Shown here: piece after piece, positions 33,450 to 39,915 of the stretch
Layout of the letters: every line of letters starts with the position of its first letter
Position numbering within the stretch: position 1 is the stretch's first letter
Assembly (NCBI GenBank): GCA_016196605.1
Contig: JACPXJ010000004.1
Location: 1 to 39,915 of the forward strand
From: Candidatus Nomurabacteria bacterium
Lineage (GTDB): Bacteria; Patescibacteriota; Minisyncoccia; Phycocordibacterales; UBA9973
Direction of reading: 5' to 3'
DNA length: 39,915 bases
Program-made: the position numbers and the translations under genes
Notes under the pieces: model-generated
What the model was told of the DNA's origin: nothing
Database searches by the model: none
What the model saw: the letters and a program-made list of their open reading frames with translations, nothing else

Positions 33450-34297
33450 TTTTCAATGCCAATTTTCTTTGACGCGTCGAACCATTTTATTTGCTTATCG
33501 CGCTTAAACCAGGTTATTTGGCGTTTGGCATAATTCATAGTCGCCTTGATTACTTTTTCTGGTGTTGGTTTGTAATATTCAAAACCTAATTCTTTTAATC
33601 TACCATCTGAAATACCAGATTTTTTAAGTTTTGTAATTTCTTTAAGTAAACCATCCTGAAACATTTTTTTCACTCTTCTCTCTACTTTCTTTTTTAATTT
33701 GTCCGGCGGCAAGTACAGGCCAATTTTTTTAAACTTATAACTTGGTAGTCGAAGTACCAAGTTGGGAACTTTTCCCAAAGTTTTAGCTATCTCAATCGCT
33801 CTAATAATCCTGACTCTATTTTTATGATCTATTTCCTTTGCGCGCCTAGAATCAAGTTTTTTAAGTTTTAGCATTAGTACGCGGTCGCTTGCTAATGCTA
33901 GTTTCTTGCGAAGTGGATAGTTTGGCAGAACTTCAGGGAAAACAACTCCTTTTGTAATTGCGTCAATATAAAATCCAGTGCCCCCGCATATGATAGGAGT
34001 TTTACCGTGAGAGATTATTTCTTCCAGCTTCTTTTCAGCTAGTTCTTTATATTGAGCTACAGTAAATTGTTTTTTAGGATTTGCTACATCAATCAAATGA
34101 TGCGGCACCCCCTGCATTTCTTTCTGAGTAATCTTACCTGTACCTATGTCAAGACCTTTATAAACTTGTCTCGAATCTGCCGAAATTATTTCGCCGTTAA
34201 TTTTTTTAGCAATTTTTACCGCTAGATCACTTTTACCTGTGGCGGTTTGACCTAAAATAACTATTACTCTAGGCATGTCAAAGTGTCTCTTTAACAT
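33446..34297 (-). CDS. miaA: tRNA dimethylallyltransferase
   Basis: VILGQTATGKSDLAVKIAKK..EIISADSRQVYKGLDIGTGKIT, PHHLIDV, GGTGFYI. The ATG overlaps the murA stop (ATGA-type coupling). An alternative start is at 34276. Confidence 0.9.
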   Translation of the reverse strand: MLKRHFDMPRVIVILGQTATGKSDLAVKIAKKINGEIISADSRQVYKGLDIGTGKITQKEMQGVPHHLIDVANPKKQFTVAQYKELAEKKLEEIISHGKTPIICGGTGFYIDAITKGVVFPEVLPNYPLRKKLALASDRVLMLKLKKLDSRRAKEIDHKNRVRIIRAIEIAKTLGKVPNLVLRLPSYKFKKIGLYLPPDKLKKKVERRVKKMFQDGLLKEITKLKKSGISDGRLKELGFEYYKPTPEKVIKATMNYAKRQITWFKRDKQIKWFDASKKIGIEN

Positions 34298-35655
34298 CAG
34301 CTGCCTTTAATTATTTTGATATCTGCGCCGATCGAATTCAAGCGTTCAGCTATTTCCTCATAGCCGCGATTGATCATGTAAACATTGCGCAAGATCGAAG
34401 TACCGCTTGCTCCCAGCATTGATATGAGGATAACCATAGAGGGACGCAAAGCCGGCGGACAGACGATTTGAGCTCCTTTGAGGACTGTGCCTCCGTTTAT
34501 ATAAAGGCGATGCGGGTCGGCGAGAGTCACTTCAGCGCCTAAGCGATTGAGCTCAGTCAGATATATCGCCCGATTTTCATAAACCCAGTCGTGGATCATA
34601 GTCTGTCCCTTTGCTCGAATCGCGATGGGTACAAAAAACGGCAGATTGTCGATGTTTATTCCGGGATAAGGATTGGAATGCAATTTATCATTCAAAGCTT
34701 TCAGCTTGCTTGGGAAGATCTCAATATCAGCAAGTCTGGTGCGACCGTTGAATGAAAAATAAATTTTTGAGATTTTATATTTCAGGTTCATCCTTTTCAG
34801 CTTTTCCATTTCCAGAGCCAAAAAGTCTATCGGCGCGCGGGTGATGGTGAGCCGTGAATCGGTAATGATCGCTGCGGAAATAAACATCATTGATTCAATC
34901 GGATCTTCACTGTTCCAATATTCTATATCCTTATTTATTTCTGACACTCCATGTACAGTCAGATTGGTCGTGCCGATGCCGTCTATTTTGACACCTAATG
35001 CTTCCAGGAAAAAGCAAACTTCCTGCACCATGTAATTCGCGCTGGCAAAGCTTATCTTTATAGTGCCGGGAATAAGGACAGCTGCTGAGAGGACATTTTC
35101 ACATGCTGTATCCCCGGACTCGTACATAACGATACCCATGCCGTTTATCGGCTTGAGCTTCTTCCTCGTTACCTCGTAGCTTTTTGTTGTCGTTTTTATT
35201 TTCACTCCGAGCTTTTCTAGCGCATATATATGGGCGGCGATAGTTCTTTTGCCGAGATTGCATCCGTATGCGTGAGGAATAGAAAAGGAAGATAATTTAT
35301 GTATTAAGGGGCCGATCAGCATGACGATCGAACGGGTTTTTATCGCTGATTCTACGTTTATGTTTTCCAAATTAAATTTCTTCGGGGGTGTGACAGTCAA
35401 AGTATTTTGATTAAGCCATTTTATGCTTACTCCGATGCTCTCCAAAATTTCGATTACCCGATAAACCTCTTCGATGCGCGCAATGCCGTGCAGTATCGTT
35501 ACCCCGCTATTTATGAGCGAGGAGCATAAAAGGCCGACCGAGCCGTTCTTGGAAAAGTTGGTTTTTATAGTTCCGCTCAGTTTTTTTCCTCCATTTACCT
35601 GGAAATCAACTGAATCGGGCAATGATATTCTTAAATTTTCTGTTTCTTCTTTCAT
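34297..35655 (-). CDS. murA: UDP-N-acetylglucosamine 1-carboxyvinyltransferase
   Basis: EPSP-synthase fold. L.V.GG..L.G....SKNG.V.LL..SL, IARIEEV, and the GC.LG.RTI..H (Cys loop) region are consistent with MurA. Confidence 0.85.
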   Translation of the reverse strand: MKEETENLRISLPDSVDFQVNGGKKLSGTIKTNFSKNGSVGLLCSSLINSGVTILHGIARIEEVYRVIEILESIGVSIKWLNQNTLTVTPPKKFNLENINVESAIKTRSIVMLIGPLIHKLSSFSIPHAYGCNLGKRTIAAHIYALEKLGVKIKTTTKSYEVTRKKLKPINGMGIVMYESGDTACENVLSAAVLIPGTIKISFASANYMVQEVCFFLEALGVKIDGIGTTNLTVHGVSEINKDIEYWNSEDPIESMMFISAAIITDSRLTITRAPIDFLALEMEKLKRMNLKYKISKIYFSFNGRTRLADIEIFPSKLKALNDKLHSNPYPGINIDNLPFFVPIAIRAKGQTMIHDWVYENRAIYLTELNRLGAEVTLADPHRLYINGGTVLKGAQIVCPPALRPSMVILISMLGASGTSILRNVYMINRGYEEIAERLNSIGADIKIIKGS

Positions 35656-35663
35656 AAATTTTG

Positions 35664-35747
35664 TGCCCAGAGAGAGAATCGAACTCTCATGATGTTGCCA
35701 TCAATAGATTTTGAGTCTATCGCGTCTACCAATTCCGCCATCTGGGC
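35664..35747 (-). tRNA. tRNA-Leu (anticodon CAA), long variable arm
   Basis: The reverse complement is GCCCAGATGGCGGAATTGGTAGACGCGATAGACTCAAAATCTATTGATGGCAACATCATGAGAGTTCGATTCTCTCTCTGGGCA. Confidence 0.9.
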
Positions 35748-35862
35748 AAAATGAACTGCTTCATTTTGCCCCTAATCAGCTTGCTGAATCGCCGATGCGA
35801 GTTTACGAGCAGGCGATCGGGGGCAATCTTCCATATTACATTTACACATTACTAAATTTTTG

Positions 35863-35871
35863 TGTTAAAAT
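35863..35871 (+). promoter_or_regulatory. Extended -10 box TGtTAAAAT, 6 nt upstream of the parB ATG
   Basis: TGTTAAAAT at 35863-35871, ATG at 35878. Confidence 0.45.
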
Positions 35872-35877
35872 CAATTC

Positions 35878-36918
35878 ATGTCCAACGTATATTCAAATTC
35901 AATTTTCTGGATTGATACCGACAAAATAAAACCAAATCCATACCAGCCGCGGCGGGATTTTGATGAAGCGCGCCTTCAAGACCTCGCGGACTCGATAAAG
36001 CAGTATGGAGTGCTCCAGCCGCTGACCGTCTCTCGCGTAGAGAAAGAAAAAGAAGGCGGCGGGCTGGTGACTGAATACGAACTTATTGCCGGGGAGCGGC
36101 GCCTTCGCGCGGCGATACTTGCTCGTGTCTCTCAAGTGCCGGTCATAATCCGCACCGGCGACACTGCGATTATGAAGCTGGAGCTTGCGATCATTGAAAA
36201 TCTGCAGCGTGAAGACTTGAATGCGGTAGATCGCGCCCGGGCTTTCTTTCGTCTGGCCACTGAATTTAAGTTTACCCACGGTGAAATTGCGAAGAAAATG
36301 GGACGCAGCAGGGAATACGTATCAAACTCTTTGCGTATTCTCACCTTGCCGGAAGAAATCTTGGCTGGTCTTCGGGACGGAAAAATCAGCGAAGGCCACA
36401 CTCGGCCGATACTTATGCTTGCCGACCATCCTGAAGAGCAATTAGTGCTTTTTAAGGAAATTGTCTACAAAAAAATAACTGTCCGCGAGGCGGAAAAAAT
36501 TGCCAGAAAAATCGCTTATGACCGAGTACGCAAGAAAGAATTCATGCCCGATCCTGAAATAACCGAGCTTGAGGAAGAATTCCAACAAAAACTCGGCACC
36601 AGAGTCCATATCGACAGGAAAGAGCTTGGCGGACAGATAAGAATTGACTATTTTTCCAAAGAGGATCTGCGCGCTATTTTGGACTCGATGCAAAAGGCAG
36701 TTTATGAGAAAAATCCTGCCGAAATGTTGGAAAATTATATAGCGAATGCCAGGAAAGAAGTGGCTGAAGAATCACAGAGAGAACAAGTCGAGACAGCGCC
36801 TCAGGCGCTATCTGGGAGCGCTTTAGGCGCTCTTGAAGTTCCTATCGACGATCGATCAAAAGAGGAAGTCAAAAAAGACGACAGCGACTTATATAATATC
36901 TCGAATTTCAGCGTTTAG
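35878..36918 (+). CDS. parB: ParB/Spo0J chromosome partitioning protein with a C-terminal extension
   Basis: I.PNPYQPRRDFDE..L.DLADSIKQYGVLQPLTV, LIAGERRLRAA, HTH region (HGEIAKKMGRSREYVSNSLRIL). Confidence 0.9.
   Translation: MSNVYSNSIFWIDTDKIKPNPYQPRRDFDEARLQDLADSIKQYGVLQPLTVSRVEKEKEGGGLVTEYELIAGERRLRAAILARVSQVPVIIRTGDTAIMKLELAIIENLQREDLNAVDRARAFFRLATEFKFTHGEIAKKMGRSREYVSNSLRILTLPEEILAGLRDGKISEGHTRPILMLADHPEEQLVLFKEIVYKKITVREAEKIARKIAYDRVRKKEFMPDPEITELEEEFQQKLGTRVHIDRKELGGQIRIDYFSKEDLRAILDSMQKAVYEKNPAEMLENYIANARKEVAEESQREQVETAPQALSGSALGALEVPIDDRSKEEVKKDDSDLYNISNFSV
36795..36832. repeat. Two tandem mini-hairpins AGCGCC-TCA-GGCGCT and GAGCGC-TTTAG-GCGCTC inside the parB tail
   Basis: Seen directly. 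They encode PQALSGSALGAL in the non-conserved C-terminal extension. Confidence 0.75.
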
Positions 36919-39089
36919 CTTTCTATCTTCTTTATTTTGTGAGGATTGTGCATCGGACATGCTTTATTAGAGCAACGTTCGGGGATGGTTTTCGTGCCTT
37001 CCATCATGAGAGAGCCGCATTCTTTGCAGATATTCCCGGTTGGTTTGGCTTTTATCGCGAATTTGCATTTAGGATAATTTGAACAGGAATAGAAAATGCC
37101 GAATCGTCCGCGGCGCTCGCTGATGTCTCCGGTTTTACATAGAGGACAGGATACACCAGTGCGTTTTTTGGCTTCATCTGCTTCATCGCTCTTTATGAAT
37201 TTGCATTTTGGATAGCGGGAGCAAGAAATAAAAGTGCCTGTGCCGTCACGCCTTTGTCTGATGACCAGCTTGCCGCCCATATCTTTTTTTCTTTTCCCCC
37301 CAGCCTCCGCTAAAGCTACGGCGGGCGCAGCACACTCGGGGCACATTTCTCCGGTTTCCTCCGGACCTTTTAGTTCTGTACCGTCAAGCATCAATGCCCC
37401 ATCGCAGTCAGGGTAACGTAAGCAAGAATAGAATTTTCCTCCCCGAGAGAGCTTGATAATCATGTTGGATCCACATTTTGGGCACTTGATATTTTTCGGC
37501 GCATCGCCCAAATTCGTAGCTTTCTCCAACTTTTCTTTTGATTTCACTTCTTTTAAAAATGGCCCATAGAAATCTTTGAGCGTCTTCTCATATTCGCGCT
37601 CGCCGCGGGAAATTTCATCAAGTTCATCTTCCATTTCGGCGGTAAAGCTGTCAGATATGTAATTCATAAAATGTTTTTCCAAGAAGTCAGACACGACTTC
37701 GCCCACGTCAGTAGGGAATAAAGTTTTTCCCTCTTTTTTTACGTAACCTCTTTCTTCAATGGTGCGCATTATCGAAGCGTAAGTTGAAGGTCGCCCTATG
37801 TCCCTTTGTTCCAGTTCTTTGATAAGTCCTGCTTCACTATACCTGTCGGGCGGCAAAGTAAATTTTTCCTCATTATTTAAATCTATCAACTTCAAAACTT
37901 CTCCTTCCTTACATTGAGGAAGGTTTACATCATCACCGACTGCGTCGCTATCCACTTTGAGCCACCCGGGAAATAAGAGACGAGAGCCGTTGGCTCCGAA
38001 TTCAGGCAGATCATCATGATTTTTTATTTTGGCAGTGACTTTTGTTTTAAGCAGTTTTGCGTCAGTCATCTGGGAAGACACTGCCCGTTCCCAGATCAAC
38101 CTGTACAATCTGTCCTGATCCTCGCTTCCGGCAGTGAGGTGTTCTATATGAGTAGGGCGTATGGCTTCGTGCGCCTCCTGGACATTTTTTGATTTGGCTT
38201 TGTAAACTCGCGCTTCTGCATAGTCTGCGCCGTATTTCTTTTTTACGAGCGCAATAATTTGGTTTTGAGCGGTAACAGACAAATTTGTGCTGTCCGTTCG
38301 CATATAGGTAATATGCCCGGCTTCATAAAGTTTTTGAGATATTTGCATAGTACGCGAAGGGGAATATCCAAGCCGCGAGCTGGCAGTCTGCTGCAGAGTA
38401 GAAGTGGTAAAAGGCGCGCGAGGCGAACGCTTTTGTTCGGACTCTTTAACTCCACTTACGATCCAAGTGCCATCCTTGCCCTCTCTCATTATTCTTTGCA
38501 CTAATTTCTCATCCCGAGGTTCTTCGGAACATTCCAGAAGAAGCTGGCTCCCCAAAGCAAGACCTTGGGATCCCTTAAGGTCTTGCTTTTCTCCGCCAGC
38601 AGTTTTAAATAGACCAAAGACTCTCCAGTATTTTTCTGGCACAAAAGCGCGGATTTCGCGTTCACGTTCCATAATAATTCGGAGCGCCGGCGATTGAACC
38701 CGGCCAGCCGAAAGCCCGTAGCGGACTTTTTTCCAGATAAGCCCGGAAAGATCGTAGCCGACAAGGCGGTCGAGAACCCTTCGCGCTTCTTGCGCTTGCC
38801 TTAAGTTAGTATCAATTTTTCGCGGCTCTTTTAACGCTTCCTCCACAGCTTCCTTTGTGATTTCATGGAATGTTACCCTTTCTATCGGCGCTTTTACTTT
38901 TTTGTCCTGTTTTAAAAGAGTTTCTATGTGCCAGGCAATTGCTTCACCCTCACGGTCAGGGTCGGTCGCGATTATCACTTCATTTGCTTTTTGTGCCAGC
39001 CCCTGTAGTTCGTGCACGATTTTTTCTTTCCCCTTGGAAATTTCGTAGTTGGGAACAAATCCGGCCTCGATATCGATCGCATAGTGCAA
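36915..39089 (-). CDS. topA: DNA topoisomerase I (the ORF lacks the usual N-terminal ~40-45 residues)
   Basis: IATDPDREGEAIAWHI, the active-site region GHITYMRTDS, and four C-terminal zinc ribbons (CPKCGS.., CPEC.., CPLC.., CKECGS..). The ORF can only start at the TTG at 39089, 3 nt after the dprA stop. Confidence 0.85.
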   Translation of the reverse strand: MHYAIDIEAGFVPNYEISKGKEKIVHELQGLAQKANEVIIATDPDREGEAIAWHIETLLKQDKKVKAPIERVTFHEITKEAVEEALKEPRKIDTNLRQAQEARRVLDRLVGYDLSGLIWKKVRYGLSAGRVQSPALRIIMEREREIRAFVPEKYWRVFGLFKTAGGEKQDLKGSQGLALGSQLLLECSEEPRDEKLVQRIMREGKDGTWIVSGVKESEQKRSPRAPFTTSTLQQTASSRLGYSPSRTMQISQKLYEAGHITYMRTDSTNLSVTAQNQIIALVKKKYGADYAEARVYKAKSKNVQEAHEAIRPTHIEHLTAGSEDQDRLYRLIWERAVSSQMTDAKLLKTKVTAKIKNHDDLPEFGANGSRLLFPGWLKVDSDAVGDDVNLPQCKEGEVLKLIDLNNEEKFTLPPDRYSEAGLIKELEQRDIGRPSTYASIMRTIEERGYVKKEGKTLFPTDVGEVVSDFLEKHFMNYISDSFTAEMEDELDEISRGEREYEKTLKDFYGPFLKEVKSKEKLEKATNLGDAPKNIKCPKCGSNMIIKLSRGGKFYSCLRYPDCDGALMLDGTELKGPEETGEMCPECAAPAVALAEAGGKRKKDMGGKLVIRQRRDGTGTFISCSRYPKCKFIKSDEADEAKKRTGVSCPLCKTGDISERRGRFGIFYSCSNYPKCKFAIKAKPTGNICKECGSLMMEGTKTIPERCSNKACPMHNPHKIKKIES
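38554..38589. repeat. Palindrome AAAGCAAGACCTT-GGGATCCCTT-AAGGTCTTGCTTT inside topA
   Basis: 13-bp perfect arms, within the segment encoding ..DLKGSQGLALGSQ.. Confidence 0.8.
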
Positions 39090-39091
39090 AT

Positions 39092-39915
39092 TTACGCCAA
39101 TCTGATTTCTCCAAACTCTTCTTTGATCAGTCCTTTGATTTCCATTATTGAAATAAGCGCGTTGCCGGCGGCAGTCGGCATTTTTAATGATCTAATAAGA
39201 TCATCTTTAGGCAATGACTCTCGCAGCATGCCAACTACTTTTTTTTCATCGGGCGACAAATCCTCAAAAAGACGCTGTTGTTTTTCTTCGTCTTTTTCTT
39301 GTTCAAAACCTAGAGCTTCTAAAACTTCTTCCGAATTGGTTACGGGAGTAGCGCCCTGTCGGAGTAGCCGATTTGTACCTTTTGAGTTTGAGGAAAATAT
39401 AGATCCAGGCACGACTAGCAGATCTCTGTTGTATTCGGTAGTCAGCCGGGCGGTGATAAGCGTACCGGATCTTTCTTCGGCTTCTATTATGAGTACCGCC
39501 TTTGACATGCCCGCCATCAGCCGATTTCTCATAGGGAAGCACCAATATTGCGATACAAGGTCAGGAGGGAATTCTGAGATCAAGCATCCGCCTTTCTCCA
39601 CCACTTCTTTTACCAGTTGTATATTTGTTCTCGGATATATTACTTTGTCCGAAAGCCCTGAACCGGGAAACACAATAGTTTTAAGTCCTACCTGCATTGC
39701 TTTTTTATGGGCGATGGTGTCAATACCCATAGCAAAACCAGAAACAATGACTATCGGATAACCTTTAAGTCCGGCGATAATTTTTTCACAAGCTTCCTTG
39801 CCATAAGATGTAAATTTACGCGAACCAACAACGGAAAGATAAATTAAATTTTTTTCTTTCGGCAGCTCTCCGATTATCCAGAGGTCCTCCGGCGGCTGTG
39901 GAATTTCCAAAAGCT
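39092..39915 (-). CDS. dprA: DNA-processing protein DprA (5' end runs off the window)
   Basis: Rossmann-like core VVGSRKFTSYGKE.., IVSGFAMGIDTIAHKKA, VIIEAEERSGTLITA, and a C-terminal winged helix. The ORF is open to the window end. Confidence 0.9.
   Translation of the reverse strand, partial: LLEIPQPPEDLWIIGELPKEKNLIYLSVVGSRKFTSYGKEACEKIIAGLKGYPIVIVSGFAMGIDTIAHKKAMQVGLKTIVFPGSGLSDKVIYPRTNIQLVKEVVEKGGCLISEFPPDLVSQYWCFPMRNRLMAGMSKAVLIIEAEERSGTLITARLTTEYNRDLLVVPGSIFSSNSKGTNRLLRQGATPVTNSEEVLEALGFEQEKDEEKQQRLFEDLSPDEKKVVGMLRESLPKDDLIRSLKMPTAAGNALISIMEIKGLIKEEFGEIRLA

Noticed and set aside
35766-35826. Nested stems (TTGCCCC..GGGGCAA enclosing ATCGCC..GGCGAT) between tRNA-Leu and parB as an ncRNA or parS site.
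   Set aside because: The stems are short (7 and 6 bp) with a large unstructured loop. There is no match to the parS consensus TGTTNCACGTGAAACA. It is kept only as a note.
36915-36918. Convergent parB and topA share overlapping stop codons (TTAG read as TAG on plus and TAA on minus). miaA and the SMR-like gene also overlap by 4 nt, and the murA stop overlaps the miaA start.
   Set aside because: This is genuine, but it is ordinary genome compaction or translational coupling in small genomes and not a distinct system.
39012-39761. 249-aa plus-strand ORF antisense to dprA. Similar long antisense ORFs are 30904-31449(-) versus ddl, 25120-25608(+) versus priA, 22042-22488(-) versus atpD, 17407-17865(-) versus atpB and 26747-27196(-) versus mreB.
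   Set aside because: Each lies fully inside a gene with unmistakable conserved motifs on the other strand. The translations are low-complexity (Ser/Pro/Ile-rich) with no recognisable domains. They are typical shadow ORFs.

Overview
This window looks like a chromosomal segment from a small-genome, AT-leaning bacterium. Its gene content and short protein versions resemble Candidate Phyla Radiation/Patescibacteria, but that is inference, not proof. It uses the standard genetic code, since TGA clearly terminates atpG, holB, rseP and murA. Most of it is densely packed housekeeping. The identifiable genes are:
- Recombination and nucleases: rmuC and a DnaQ-like exonuclease.
- General functions: a YqeY-like protein, MYG1, obg, class I aldolase, an FAD oxidase and an RRM RNA-binding protein.
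- Translation: gatB, rplY, rpmE-prfA, frr, rpmG, miaA and rsmI.
- Energy: a complete F1Fo ATP synthase operon (atpZ/I-B-E-F-H-A-G-D-C).
- Replication and chromosome handling: priA, holB, parB, topA and dprA.
- Envelope: mreB, rseP, ddl, murI and murA.
- Four tRNAs: Glu-CUC, Ile-GAU, Trp-CCA and Leu-CAA.

I saw no rRNA, no CRISPR array and no intact transposase. The accessory or odd parts are:
- a decayed large serine recombinase abutting the 3' end of tRNA-Glu;
- an AT-rich PaaX/Cas2-fold gene bracketed by 42-bp palindromic direct repeats;
- a GC3-rich two-gene secreted-protein module.

The most unusual signal is at the sequence level. Short GC-rich perfect palindromes sit in frame inside essential genes (atpA, atpG, atpD, rseP, topA, parB). 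Several of them share a CTTCCGC..GCGGAAG core, which also occurs in the recombinase tail. A second, REP/MITE-like nested-hairpin family (CCCTCTCCTTA..TAAGGAGAGGG plus GGGGTGAGGTGA) has five copies. One copy is inserted in frame in rsmI, one supplies the atpB stop codon, and one supplies a Shine-Dalgarno sequence.

Other notable points:
- a ~104-nt four-helix structured element in the exonuclease/yqeY divergent intergenic region;
- a recurrent (extended) -10 box 6-8 nt upstream of ATG, suggesting widespread leaderless mRNAs;
- a topA ORF lacking the N-terminal TOPRIM strand;
- a PriA homolog with degenerate ATPase motifs.
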